From the NCBI GenBank assembly GCA_963717045.1, contig CAVQVD010000003.1, positions 9,650-73,649 of the forward strand: a stretch of DNA of 64,000 bases, read 5' to 3'. Below are positions 1 through 9,896 of this stretch, piece by piece. The position numbers were made by a program, and so were the translations under genes. Every line of letters begins with the position of its first letter. The stretch's first letter is position 1. The notes under the pieces were generated by a model. The model searched no databases and was not told where the DNA came from. It was given only the letters and a program-made list of their open reading frames with translations. The stretch is from an uncultured delta proteobacterium. Its GTDB lineage: Bacteria; Desulfobacterota; Binatia; Binatales; Binataceae.

Positions 1-2
1 AG

Positions 3-548
3 GCGCTCAAGCGGGCGGGGGTTTACGCGCTCGCCAACGAGAGCCATCGCCTGCGCGTCCGTGGCGAGTCGCTGGTGGTGGTTGGAATCGATGACCTGTG
101 GTCACGCCGCGCCGAGCCGTCGCGGGCGTTTGCGCAGGTGCTCCCAGGTGAATGCACGATAGTGCTCGCGCACAATCCGGACACCGCGCTCTATACGCGC
201 CATCTGAACCCCGGCGTGATGCTCTCGGGACATACGCACGGCGGCGTGGTGCGCTTGCCGTTTTACGGCTCGCCGCTCAAGCTGCTCCGCATCGGCAAGC
301 AATTTTACGCGGGGCTGAATCGCTATCGCGACTTCTACATCTATACCAATCGCGGCCTGGGCACGTATTGGCTGAGGATCAGAATCAACTGCCGGCCAGA
401 AGTTTCGCGCTTTCACCTGACGCCGCTTGACGCCGCTCCTGTCCGTCGTGCTCCCGATGAGCCGGACCAATTCTCCGCCGCGAGCGACGCGCATACCGCA
501 ACGTCGCGGCCGACGCGTCGGCGGGTGCGCCGCCGCCGAGCGTCGTAG
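3..548 (+). CDS. Metallophosphoesterase (YkuE/YaeI-like calcineurin-like family), 5'-truncated by the window edge
   Basis: Frame is open from base 3. Motifs VGIDD, LAHNPD, LSGHTHGG, YTNRGLG and RINCRPE match the C-terminal half of YkuE-like metallophosphoesterases. Arg-rich tail. Confidence 0.85.
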   Translation, partial: ALKRAGVYALANESHRLRVRGESLVVVGIDDLWSRRAEPSRAFAQVLPGECTIVLAHNPDTALYTRHLNPGVMLSGHTHGGVVRLPFYGSPLKLLRIGKQFYAGLNRYRDFYIYTNRGLGTYWLRIRINCRPEVSRFHLTPLDAAPVRRAPDEPDQFSAASDAHTATSRPTRRRVRRRRAS

Positions 549-672
549 CATCTCCAACTGGCGATCAGCCGCGTTTATGCGGCTGCGTTCTTCAAGGGAA
601 GACCTTTTCAAGGAAGATCAACGTGAGCATCCGGTCCGCGCTCATTTGACGATGTATTCGACGAGCATCTGA

Positions 673-1593
673 ATGGAACGCATCACCGTCGCGATCGCGG
701 GCGGCTCGGGCTTTATCGGCCGCGCGATCGTCCGGCAGCTCGGCGACAGGGCCCGTGTGCGCGTGCTCACGCGCAATCCCGACGCGGTGCGCGCACGTCT
801 GGGCGGGACCGGCGCCGAGTTCGTCCGCGCCGACGTGACCGACGCGGCCTCGCTCGAGGCGGCGATGGCCGGGGCGCAAGTCGCAATCAATGCGGCGCAG
901 TTCGATGGCTATCCAATCGAGAATCCGCGGCGCGGCCTGACTTTCGAGCGCGTCGATTATGGCGGCACGGTCGCGATGATCGCGGCTGCGCGCAAGGCCG
1001 GCGTCGGACGCATCATCTATATCAGCGGCGCGGCCGCCGATGAGCAGAGCCGCCAGCCCGGTTTTCGCGCCAAGGGACGAGCCGAAGGCGCGATTCGCGA
1101 ATCGAGCCAATCAGGTCTGGACTTTACGATCTTCCGCCCTTCGCTGGTCTATGGCGCGGACGATCGGGTGACCAACCTGCTCGCGCGCGCCATCAAATAT
1201 GCGCCGGTTTTCGCGATACCCGGCACCGGCAAGCAGGTGGTGCAACCGGTCGCGGTGCAAGACCTCGCCGCATGCGTCGCGATGGCAGTTGCGGGGCGTG
1301 GGCGCAACGGCACCTTCGCGATCGGCGGTCCGGAGCCGCTTAACTTCGACGAATTGATCCGGCTGATGATGGACTTGAGCGGCCATCACCGGCCAATCGT
1401 GCACATACCTGAGTGGCTGATGCGCGTAGCGGGAAGGCTGGGTGAGATGCTCCCGCGGCCGCTCTTCTCACGCGACGCGGTCGATTTCCTCACCGCTGAC
1501 AATCCTTGCGATAACGGTCCTCTGATTGCCGAGTTCGGAACTCGCCTTACGCCCGCGCGCGTCGGGATGTCGTACCTCAAACCGAAGGGGTGA
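673..1593 (+). CDS. NAD(P)-dependent epimerase/dehydratase, NDUFA9-like atypical SDR
   Basis: N-terminal GGSGFIG Rossmann motif, TIFRPSLVYG, QPVAVQD, IGGPE. Confidence 0.85.
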   Translation: MERITVAIAGGSGFIGRAIVRQLGDRARVRVLTRNPDAVRARLGGTGAEFVRADVTDAASLEAAMAGAQVAINAAQFDGYPIENPRRGLTFERVDYGGTVAMIAAARKAGVGRIIYISGAAADEQSRQPGFRAKGRAEGAIRESSQSGLDFTIFRPSLVYGADDRVTNLLARAIKYAPVFAIPGTGKQVVQPVAVQDLAACVAMAVAGRGRNGTFAIGGPEPLNFDELIRLMMDLSGHHRPIVHIPEWLMRVAGRLGEMLPRPLFSRDAVDFLTADNPCDNGPLIAEFGTRLTPARVGMSYLKPKG

Positions 1594-1627
1594 GCGACGC
1601 CGGTGCCGGGTTTAGTATCGACGAACC

Positions 1628-2038
1628 TCAGGGGATGATCTGAAAGTGACCCAGGCTGATCGGACGATACAACTCGAAATCGCTGCGATCGGTGGTGAAA
1701 ACGCGGCGCAGCTTTTCTCGCTCGGCGACGCGGACAAGTGCGGCATCAGCAAGGTCCATCGGCAAATCTCGGTATTTCCACATCAGTTCGCGCATCCGCG
1801 GCGCATCGCTTTCGGAAAGAGGCAGAAGGCGCATCGCGCCAGCTTCGATCGAACTCCAGAGCGCTCTTTGCGCCTCCGCGGAGGAGCGCAGCAAATACAT
1901 TGCCTCCGTGAATGCCGGCCACACCGTGGCGAGCGGGTCACGGAGCGACTCCAACGCCTTCCGGCATGAGGCGTGGTAAGGGTCGCCGCGGTCAATCAGA
2001 GCGACGAGCGGGCCTGCGTCGACCAGAACGAGAGAAAT
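1628..2038 (-). CDS. vapC: PIN-domain toxin (VapC family); probable ATT start
   Basis: The frame upstream of the listed TTG (1954) reads I-S-L-V-L-V-D-A-G-P-L-V-A-L-I-D-R-G-D-P-Y-H. PIN acidic residues in VDAG, TEA, DLADA, TTDRSDF. An in-frame TGA lies near 2095 with no ATG/GTG/TTG between it and the PIN N-terminus. Confidence 0.85.
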   Translation of the reverse strand: MSLVLVDAGPLVALIDRGDPYHASCRKALESLRDPLATVWPAFTEAMYLLRSSAEAQRALWSSIEAGAMRLLPLSESDAPRMRELMWKYRDLPMDLADAALVRVAEREKLRRVFTTDRSDFELYRPISLGHFQIIP

Positions 2039-2294
2039 TTCTCTTCGCGCGTAGCAGGTCGGAAAATTTCTGCCCGGTGTGTTCGGATAGGTTCATCCCC
2101 CCGCTGTCCCAGCATCCAATGACATCGGCCATCGCTTGCGCGGGCGGCAGCGTGTCGCGTTTGCCGCTCGCGCGCTTGCGCAAAGCGGCTAGTGCGTCAC
2201 GCACCACTTCCGACTTGGTCTGACCATGAACGCGTGCGAAACGGGTCAGAAAAGCTTCCGTCTCCGGGTCCACTCGAATGCTGATGCTAGCCAT
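1992..2294 (-). CDS. Ribbon-helix-helix (CopG/VapB-like) antitoxin
   Basis: SISIRVD beta strand followed by TKSEVVRDAL RHH helix. Lies immediately upstream of, and overlaps, the PIN gene. Confidence 0.8.
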   Translation of the reverse strand: MASISIRVDPETEAFLTRFARVHGQTKSEVVRDALAALRKRASGKRDTLPPAQAMADVIGCWDSGGMNLSEHTGQKFSDLLRAKRNFSRSGRRRPARRSD

Positions 2295-2300
2295 AAGGAT

Positions 2301-2321
2301 CGTAATACGCAATGTAACACA
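2301..2321. promoter_or_regulatory. Putative RHH antitoxin operator: two near-palindromic 9-mers, CGTAATACG and TGTAACACA
   Basis: Two related GTAAYAC-core boxes 7-27 bp upstream of the antitoxin ATG, the usual position for TA autorepression sites. Confidence 0.5.
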
Positions 2322-2365
2322 ACGGGGTCACCTGTTCACGTACCATTGCTATCAAAATGGCGGCG

Positions 2366-3298
2366 CTACCTAGCGGCGCGATGCCAGCCGGTGCCCTCGT
2401 GCCCGAAGCGGAACAGCTCCGGATGGAGTATCTCGGCGAGGATTTCCAGCGACTCGGCGATCCGCGGTCCCGGCCGGTTGAAGTACTGGCTGCCCTCCGC
2501 GACGAACACCCGGCCCTCGCGCACCGCGCGCATCGAGGTCCATCCGGGACGCGCGCCCAGCGCCGGTAGTTCCGCCACCGTGTGCCGCATGTTGAAGCCG
2601 CACGGTGCAACCAGGACGACATCCGGGTCGGCGGCGACCAGTGCGTCGAATTCCAGCCGTCCGGAATGCTCGCCGGCGCTGCCGAACAGGTTGCGTCCCC
2701 CCGCCATCTCGACCATCTCGGGCATCCAGTTGCCCGCCGACATCAGCGGGTCAAGCCATTCAATGCAGGCGAGCGTCGGACGGGTGGCGGCCCGGCGCGC
2801 GCGCGCCGCGACCGCGTCCATCCGGGCCATCAGGCGCCCCACCAGCTCGGCGCCGCGCGCGGGTTCGCCGAGGGCGCGAGCGACGCGCTCTATGTCGGCG
2901 AAGATGTCCGCGAGTCCGTAAGGCGCGAGCGAAACAATCTGCGGACGCGCGCCCAGCCAGCTTCCGACCGCATCTTCGACGTCGCGCTCGCTGACCGCGC
3001 ATACCTCGCACTGCGACTGGGTGACGATGACGTCAGGGGCAAGCTCGCGCAGCTTCTGCGCGTCAACGCGATAGACCGAGAGCGCCTCGCCCACGATGCG
3101 GCGGACCTCGCGATCGATCTCGCCGCTGGGTCGGTCGGGATTGAACTTGGGCTCGGTGAGAGCGGGCAGCCGCGAGACCGCGGCGGGATAGTCGCACTCG
3201 TGCGAGCGGCCGATCAATTGCGATTCGAAGCCGAGTGCGCAGACGATTTCGGTCGCGCTGGGAAGCAGGCTGACGATTCGATGCTCGCGTCGATCCAC
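2366..3298 (-). CDS. BtuF/TroA-like helical-backbone binding-fold protein (cobalamin-binding annotation family), no signal peptide
   Basis: RIVSLLPSATEIVCALG, GRSHECDYP, PDVIVTQ, YFNRPGPR. Confidence 0.8.
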   Translation of the reverse strand: MDRREHRIVSLLPSATEIVCALGFESQLIGRSHECDYPAAVSRLPALTEPKFNPDRPSGEIDREVRRIVGEALSVYRVDAQKLRELAPDVIVTQSQCEVCAVSERDVEDAVGSWLGARPQIVSLAPYGLADIFADIERVARALGEPARGAELVGRLMARMDAVAARARRAATRPTLACIEWLDPLMSAGNWMPEMVEMAGGRNLFGSAGEHSGRLEFDALVAADPDVVLVAPCGFNMRHTVAELPALGARPGWTSMRAVREGRVFVAEGSQYFNRPGPRIAESLEILAEILHPELFRFGHEGTGWHRAAR

Positions 3299-3465
3299 GC
3301 GGGGCTCCTTGGAGGCTTGGCGATAACGTCAGACTACTGCGCGCGTCGGCGGCTGTCATCACGACGCGAGAACTTCCGCTCCATTGGCGCGATCGGCGGA
3401 TGCTGCGCTATAGAACGGACACGAGGATCGGAAAAGCGGCGCGCCGCAAATGGGAGGATCGAACA

Positions 3466-4137
3466 ATGCTTCACGTACATTATTTCATCACCCGCAAACC
3501 CTCGATGGGCGATGCGGAGTTCCATCGCTACTGGCGAGAGACCCACGGGCCGATCGCGGCCAAAATCCCGCAGCTCCATCGCTACGTCCAAAGCCATCGC
3601 ATCCCCGCGTTCGGCGCCAACTCGCCCTACGACGGAGAGGCCGAGGTGCTAATCGACAGCCTCGAGGCGATGGCCGCGCTCAGGCGCAGTCCCGAATATC
3701 TTGACGGCGCATTGGCCGACGAACGCAAATTCATCGACCTCACCCGCGTCGAGTGGATGGTGACGCGCGACCACGTGGTCGCCGACGGGCCGACCGGCGG
3801 CACGCTGGTGAAGGGCGTATGGCAACTCGTGATCAAGCCGGGGATGGAGCTCGGGGAGTTCCGCAAGTACTGGCTCGAGGTGCACGGGCCGATGGCGCTC
3901 AAGCTGCCCGGGCTGCGCCGTTACGTCCAGTCGCATTTGATCGACGAGGCGTACCTCTATGCCGCGCCGCGCTTCGACGGCGTTGCGCAACTGTGGTTCG
4001 ACAGTCCCGCAGCGTTCGCCACGGCCTTCGCCTCTCCGGCGGGCAGGGACCTGATGGAGGATGGCGCCAAGTTTATCGACGGTCCCAGGATGACCTTTTT
4101 TATGGCGCAGGAGCATATCCAGATCGCGTCGCGCTAA
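3466..4137 (+). CDS. EthD-family protein with two tandem EthD domains
   Basis: Repeated motif EF(H/R)xYWxExHGP...K(I/L)PxLxRYVQSH...DGxA. GGAGG upstream of ATG 3466. Confidence 0.85.
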   Translation: MLHVHYFITRKPSMGDAEFHRYWRETHGPIAAKIPQLHRYVQSHRIPAFGANSPYDGEAEVLIDSLEAMAALRRSPEYLDGALADERKFIDLTRVEWMVTRDHVVADGPTGGTLVKGVWQLVIKPGMELGEFRKYWLEVHGPMALKLPGLRRYVQSHLIDEAYLYAAPRFDGVAQLWFDSPAAFATAFASPAGRDLMEDGAKFIDGPRMTFFMAQEHIQIASR

Positions 4138-4173
4138 AGTCGCCACGCGCTCGCAAGCTGATTTTTTGGAGGC

Positions 4174-4941
4174 ATGACGATGGCAGGGCTATTGGAAGGC
4201 AAAGTCGCACTCGTAACCGGCGCCGCAAGCGGGATTGGCCGCGCGACGGCGATTGCCGCCGCGCGTGAGGGCGCAAAGGTGCTGGTGGTGGATGCGGTTC
4301 CCGGCGGCGAGGACACGGTCAAGGCCATAAGGCAGGCCGGTGGCGAGGCCGCCTTCCACAAGTGCGACGTGACGCGCGCCGCCGAGGTCGCGGCAACGGT
4401 CGCGGCCGCGGTAAAAATGTTTGGCCGCCTGGACTGCGCGCACAACAACGCCGGCATCATCGGCAAGTCGCTGCACACGGCCGACGATACCGAGGAGAAC
4501 TTCGACCGCATTATAGCCGTTGATCTCAAGGGCGTATGGCTCTGCATGAAGTACGAAATCCTGCAGATGCTAAAGCAGGGCGTGCGCGGATCGATCGTCA
4601 ACACCGCCTCGGCCGCCGGGCTGGTCGGCTCGCACGGGCAACCGGCCTATACCGCGGCCAAACATGGCGTGATCGGACTGACCAAGGTGGCGGCGCTGGA
4701 GTACGCGCGCCACGACATCCGCGTCAACGCCGTCTGCCCTGGAGTGATCGACACCGCGATGGTGGCCGAGATGGTGACAGGCCATCCGCGCCTGCGCGAC
4801 CGCCTGATCGCAGTCGAGCCGATGAAAAGAATGGGCAAGCCGGAAGAAATCGGCGAGGCGGTAGTGTGGTTGATGTCCGATCACGCTTCGTTCGTCACCG
4901 GCGCGTCACTGCCAGTCGATGGCGCCATGACTGCACAATAG
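4174..4941 (+). CDS. Classical SDR oxidoreductase (FabG/glucose-1-dehydrogenase-like)
   Basis: TGAASGIG, NNAG, YTAAK, VNAVCPG, VDG. Confidence 0.92.
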   Translation: MTMAGLLEGKVALVTGAASGIGRATAIAAAREGAKVLVVDAVPGGEDTVKAIRQAGGEAAFHKCDVTRAAEVAATVAAAVKMFGRLDCAHNNAGIIGKSLHTADDTEENFDRIIAVDLKGVWLCMKYEILQMLKQGVRGSIVNTASAAGLVGSHGQPAYTAAKHGVIGLTKVAALEYARHDIRVNAVCPGVIDTAMVAEMVTGHPRLRDRLIAVEPMKRMGKPEEIGEAVVWLMSDHASFVTGASLPVDGAMTAQ

Positions 4942-5048
4942 GCGCAACTGGCGTAACTGAAATGGCTGCGCAAACGGAACGGCGGCAGCAATCGACCACA
5001 CAAGCGCGTGCGGAGTTTGAACGCCGACGGTGCTCCAGAGGATGAATC

Positions 5049-6248
5049 ATGCGCAATGAGAATCGTTTCATCGACAGCGACGCGCATGTCGTGGAACCGA
5101 ACGATCTATTCGAGAAGTATCTCGAGCCGAAGTTTCGTCCGTGGATTCCTGAGGCGTGGGCGAACTACGCTGGCAGTCCGCTCGGCTTCGGATTCAAGAT
5201 CGTAATCGAGACTCCGAACGGCGCTAGACAGGTTATGCCCTTCGGCAGCGACCCGATGAACGACGAGGCGCTGCAGCGCTGCGGCGGGGTAGCCTTTGAT
5301 CCGGGCGCTCGGGTCGCTCTGCCGGGCCATGACGAAGCCTACGCGGAATTCGCCCGCGAAGATTTTCCGGCGCGCATGTATCCGCTTGCGATGGACCGCG
5401 CGGGCATCGACTACATGGTTGTCTATCCGACGGTCGGATTGTTAAGTACGGCGGCGCCTGAACTCGCCCCCGACGCGGCCGCCGCGATTCGCCGCGCCTA
5501 CAACGACTGGTTGCACGATTTCTGTTCGCAGACCGGCGGACGGGTATTCGGCGCGGCCTCCGTGGATCTGCGCGATGCCGAGGCGGCCGCGCGCGAGGCG
5601 CGGCGCTGCGTCAAGGACTTTGGCTTCAAGGCAGTGCACGTCAATCCAGTGCCGGTCGGAAAGCATCGGCTGTACGACAGCTTTTACGAGCCGCTGTGGA
5701 ACGCGCTGGAAGACCTTGACGTCCCGCTCGCCGTGCATACCGGCGCCGGCGTGGCCGCCGACCAGATGCTCTACTATTACTTGCCGGGACTGCGCACCGC
5801 GCAGGTCACGGTGGCATTTACGATCGGCAACATGCTCGCCAGCACCGCGCTTATCATGGGCGGCGTCCTCGAACGGCATCCGCGGATGCGTGTGGTCCAT
5901 CTCGAGTCTGGCGCGGGATGGGTCCCGTTCTGGATGGACCGGCTGGCCGCCAGCGTGCAGGGCGGCTTGCGCGGGCTGGACATTCCCGGTCTCAAGCGCA
6001 GTCCGATCGACTACTTCCGCCGCCAGTGTTTCATCTCTGCCGATCCCGACGATCCTTTCATCAAGCAAACGATCGAGATGATCGGCGATGGAAATATCGT
6101 CACCGCTACGGATTTTGCGCATCCGGAGGGCCGGCGTTACGAATCGGCGGTGAAGGAAATGCTCGAACTTCCAGAGGTGCCGCTCGAGAGCAAGCGCAAG
6201 ATCATGTGGGACAACGCGCTCAGGCTTTATCCGATCGATCCGGCGTAG
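5049..6248 (+). CDS. Amidohydrolase family protein (Amidohydro_2)
   Basis: IDSDAHVVEP, AYNDW, LAVH, LESGAGW, ATDFAH, NALRLY. Confidence 0.9.
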   Translation: MRNENRFIDSDAHVVEPNDLFEKYLEPKFRPWIPEAWANYAGSPLGFGFKIVIETPNGARQVMPFGSDPMNDEALQRCGGVAFDPGARVALPGHDEAYAEFAREDFPARMYPLAMDRAGIDYMVVYPTVGLLSTAAPELAPDAAAAIRRAYNDWLHDFCSQTGGRVFGAASVDLRDAEAAAREARRCVKDFGFKAVHVNPVPVGKHRLYDSFYEPLWNALEDLDVPLAVHTGAGVAADQMLYYYLPGLRTAQVTVAFTIGNMLASTALIMGGVLERHPRMRVVHLESGAGWVPFWMDRLAASVQGGLRGLDIPGLKRSPIDYFRRQCFISADPDDPFIKQTIEMIGDGNIVTATDFAHPEGRRYESAVKEMLELPEVPLESKRKIMWDNALRLYPIDPA

Positions 6249-6277
6249 CGGCACGCGATAACCAGCGGGGAGTGCAA

Positions 6278-7030
6278 ATGAACCGGCTCAAGGGCAAGAA
6301 CACGATCATAACCGGAGCGGCGGGCGGTCAGGGACGCGTCGCCTGCCGGATGTTCGCCGAAGAGGGCGCGCGGATTCTGGCCAGCGACGTTAGCCCGGCC
6401 GTCGCGCAGGAGATAGAGGCGCTCGCGCCCGGTGCGATCACCTACGTCGCAGCCGACGTGACCAAGGCGGACGGAATCAGAACGATTATCGACGGCGCGC
6501 TGAAAGCATTCGGCGGCCGAATCGACGCGCTCTACAACAACCACGGCGTAATCCTGGGTAAGCCGTTTCTAGAGACCACGCCCGAGGAATGGGACCGTGT
6601 GCATGACGTAGATTTGAAGTCGGTCTATTTCCTCAGCCAGCGTGCAGTGCCGGCGATGCGCGGGGGCTCCTCGATCATCAATATCTCGTCGGTCGGCGGA
6701 CTGGTCGCGATGCAAAACATGTCGGCCTACTCGGCGGCCAAGGGCGGGGTGGCGATGCTGACCAAGGGTATGGCGCTCGATCTGAGCTCGCGCGGAATCC
6801 GGGTCAACGCGATCGCGCCAGGAGCGATCGACACGCCGATGCCGCATAACTTCGTAAAAGACCTGCCCGACAAGGAAGGCATCTGGGCGGCTATCGAAGA
6901 GCGTCACATGATGAAACGGTTCGGTCAGCCGCACGAGGTCGTCGCTCTGGCGATATTCCTCGCCAGCGACGAATCGAGCTTCATGACCGGAAGCGTGGTG
7001 GCGCTCGACGGCGGCTGGAGCGCTTTTTAG
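6278..7030 (+). CDS. SDR oxidoreductase
   Basis: TGAAGGQG, YSAAK, VNAIAPG, LDGG. Start moved to ATG 6278 with a GGAG RBS. Confidence 0.92.
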   Translation: MNRLKGKNTIITGAAGGQGRVACRMFAEEGARILASDVSPAVAQEIEALAPGAITYVAADVTKADGIRTIIDGALKAFGGRIDALYNNHGVILGKPFLETTPEEWDRVHDVDLKSVYFLSQRAVPAMRGGSSIINISSVGGLVAMQNMSAYSAAKGGVAMLTKGMALDLSSRGIRVNAIAPGAIDTPMPHNFVKDLPDKEGIWAAIEERHMMKRFGQPHEVVALAIFLASDESSFMTGSVVALDGGWSAF

Positions 7031-7037
7031 CCGTCCG

Positions 7038-7081
7038 CGCAAATTTCAAATCGATGTAAGACGCAAATTTTCAAATCGATG
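7038..7081. repeat. Direct repeat CGCAAATTT(T)CAAATCGATG x2, 24-bp period; the second copy supplies the monooxygenase ATG
   Basis: Copies read directly at 7038-7056 and 7062-7081. Confidence 0.75.
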
Positions 7082-8731
7082 GATGCATCGTCGAGTCACG
7101 ACACCGACGTTCTCATTGTAGGCGCGGGGCCAACCGGCCTGGTGCTGGCCCTGTGGCTGACCCGGCTGGAGGTTCGCGTAAGGATTATCGACAAGACTGC
7201 AGAGCCGGGAACGACGTCCCGCGCGCTCGCCGTGCAGGCGCGCACGCTCGAATTTTACCGGCAGATCGGGCTGGCCGACGCGGTCGTCGAAAGTGGCCGC
7301 AAAGTTCCCGCCATCAATCTCTGGGTCGCCGGCAAGAAAGCGGCTCGCGCCGTTTTCGGCGATATTGGCGCGGGCCTGAGTCCTTTCTCCTATCCGCTGA
7401 TTTTTCCGCAAGACGAACACGAGCGGCTGTTGGTCGATCGGCTGGCCGCGGCTGGCGTCGAAGTCGAGCGCCGGACGGAACTCCAGAGCTTTGAGGATGC
7501 GAGCGGCAGGGTACTCGCGCGGCTCAAGCGTCCGGATGAAACCTCGGAGGTCTGCGAAGCTGCCTACATTGCGGGATGTGACGGCGCGCATTCCACCGTG
7601 CGCGAGACAATGGACGTCGGTTTTCCGGGTGGAACGTACGCCCACCTTTTTTTCGTCGCCGACGTCGAAGCGCGCGGAGCGACGATGAACGGCGAGTTGC
7701 ACGTCGGCCTGGACACGACCGATTTTCTCGCCGTCTTCCCGCTTAAGGGCGAGGGACGGGCGCGGCTTATCGGCACAGTGCGCGAAGAAGCTGAACACCA
7801 GGAAGAGAATTTGTCATGGCGCGAGAGCATGTCGTGGAACGACGTGAGCAAGCGCGTGGTCCAGTGGATGCGCGTCGAAGTCGAGCGCGTGAACTGGTTC
7901 TCGACCTACCGCGTGCATCACCGAGTCGCCGATCGTTTCCGCAAAGGCAACGCGTTCCTGCTCGGCGACTCCGCGCACATCCACAGTCCGGTGGGTGGAC
8001 AGGGTATGAACACCGGCATCGGCGATGCGGTCAACCTCGCCTGGAAAATCGCGGCGGTCCTGCAGGGACGCGGCGACGCGTCGCTCCTCGAGAGCTATGA
8101 GCCGGAACGGATCGCGTTCGCGCGGCGCCTGGTCGCGACGACCGATCGGGCTTTCACCGGCGTGACGAGCCGCGGAGCGATCGCGCGGCGAGTGCGATTG
8201 GACATTGTGCCGCTATTGATCGCACCTCTGTTCAAGGTCGCGCCGATTCGACGCTTCATGTTTCGCACGATCTCACAGACTGCAGTGAATTACCGCGGAA
8301 GCAGCTTGAGCGAGGGCCGCGCGGGACCGGTTCACGGCGGTGACCGTTTGCCCTGGGTGAAGCTCAGCAACGTTAAAGACGACGACAATTTCAAGCCGCT
8401 GACTTCGCTGGACTGGCAAGTCCACATTTACGGCGATGCAGTACCTGCTATGCAAAGATTGTGTGAAGAACGAGCTTTACCGCTGCACGTTTTTTCATGG
8501 CGTCCGGAAATGGCTCGGACGGGTCTGCGGCGTAATGCCGCGTATCTCGTAAGACCGGATAGCTACGTCGCGCTGGCGGACCCTTTGGGCGGCGGCGGTA
8601 CGGTCGGGCCTTACCTCGACGCCCGCAAACTCGCCCCGATGAGGCAGCAGCGACTCACGGTAGAGCAGCGTCAGCGAATTGCGTCCGGCTCGCCAGAAGA
8701 CGCGTCTCAATCGGCGAGCGGGAAGCCATAG
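7079..8731 (+). CDS. FAD-dependent monooxygenase (FAD_binding_3, aromatic hydroxylase-like)
   Basis: GAGPTG, GCDGAHS, LLGDSAHIHSPVGGQGMNTG, LVRPD. Confidence 0.9.
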   Translation: MDASSSHDTDVLIVGAGPTGLVLALWLTRLEVRVRIIDKTAEPGTTSRALAVQARTLEFYRQIGLADAVVESGRKVPAINLWVAGKKAARAVFGDIGAGLSPFSYPLIFPQDEHERLLVDRLAAAGVEVERRTELQSFEDASGRVLARLKRPDETSEVCEAAYIAGCDGAHSTVRETMDVGFPGGTYAHLFFVADVEARGATMNGELHVGLDTTDFLAVFPLKGEGRARLIGTVREEAEHQEENLSWRESMSWNDVSKRVVQWMRVEVERVNWFSTYRVHHRVADRFRKGNAFLLGDSAHIHSPVGGQGMNTGIGDAVNLAWKIAAVLQGRGDASLLESYEPERIAFARRLVATTDRAFTGVTSRGAIARRVRLDIVPLLIAPLFKVAPIRRFMFRTISQTAVNYRGSSLSEGRAGPVHGGDRLPWVKLSNVKDDDNFKPLTSLDWQVHIYGDAVPAMQRLCEERALPLHVFSWRPEMARTGLRRNAAYLVRPDSYVALADPLGGGGTVGPYLDARKLAPMRQQRLTVEQRQRIASGSPEDASQSASGKP

Positions 8732-9826
8732 ACGCGGGCACAGTTCTCGCGCACCAGCTTTCGCCGGTCCGCCGCAGGGAGCGCGCCGAAATCGCGTGCC
8801 AGGACTTCCATCGTGTGCGGCCAAGTCGCGGCCTGGTGCGGATAGTCAGTCGACCACATGAAATTGTCCGCACCCAGGTAGCTATAAATTTTTAGTCCCA
8901 GCGGATCGTCGATGAAGGTGGCGAACACCTGGCGGCGGAAATACTCACTAGGCTTGAGCGACAGCACGGTCCCATAGCCCTGCTTGAAGCGGCGGTAATA
9001 CTTGTCGGCGCGCTCCAGCAGATGCGGGACCCAAGCGATGTCGTTTTCCGCCGAGACTATTCTTCAGCTCCGGAAAGCGCTCGAACACGCCGCCAAAGAT
9101 CATCGAACAGATCGAATGTTGCGCCTCCTGCGTGCGGATGACCATGCGCGCGTAAAGCTCGCCGATATCCGACTCGTCCTGCTGCGAGGTCTTGGTCCGT
9201 CCGGTCAGCGTATGCAGCGAGAGCGGCATCCGGAGTTCCTGCGCGGTCGCCCAGAAAGCATCATAGGAGCGCTGCGTATAAGGCCGATCCTCCGGCGGCG
9301 CGGCCCAGATAAGGGCGCCCTTAAGTCCCATCTTTGCCGCGCGCTCGAGTTCGCGGCGCGCACGATCTACGTCGAACAGAGAGATCATCGCGAGGCCGGC
9401 AAACTTGTCCGGCGCATAGCGGCAGAACTCCGCGAGCCAGTCGTTGTAGACGCGGAAACAGTCTTCCTGAAACTCGGGGTCTTCGATCCAGAACAGAACG
9501 AAACCCATCGTGGTGTAAAGCACCGCCGCTTCCACCCCGTCTAGTTCCATATCCTTGAGCCGCGCCGCCGGATCCCATCCGCCCGCCGGCGCGCTGTCGA
9601 GCCCGGCCTCGAGAAATTTTTTGTCGAACGTCTGGCCCGCGGCGAACGCGCCCGAGACGCGAAGCGGCGGCAACTTTTCGCACACGAAGAACAGGCCCTT
9701 GCGCCCGTCCGGGTCCTTGATGATTCGCGGCGCACGGTCGCGAAAGCGCTGGTTGAGTCCTTCAGTCCACAGGCCCGGCGGCTCGAGCATGTGCGCGTCG
9801 GCGTCAACTATCCTGAGTGCGTCCAT
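8707..9826 (-). pseudogene. Amidohydrolase (Amidohydro_2), frameshifted in this assembly (probable sequencing error)
   Basis: VDADAHMLEP at the start. Removing one A near 9061 gives FPELK-IVSAENDIAWVP...KPSEYFRRQ...STDYPH. Span is 1120 nt (3n+1). Confidence 0.85.
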
Positions 9827-9896
9827 TAGTAGCCTTCGTGTGGTGCGCCTTGAGGGTTGAGGTTTCGCGCCTTAGGATTCGCGCTGCGCGCGGGCG

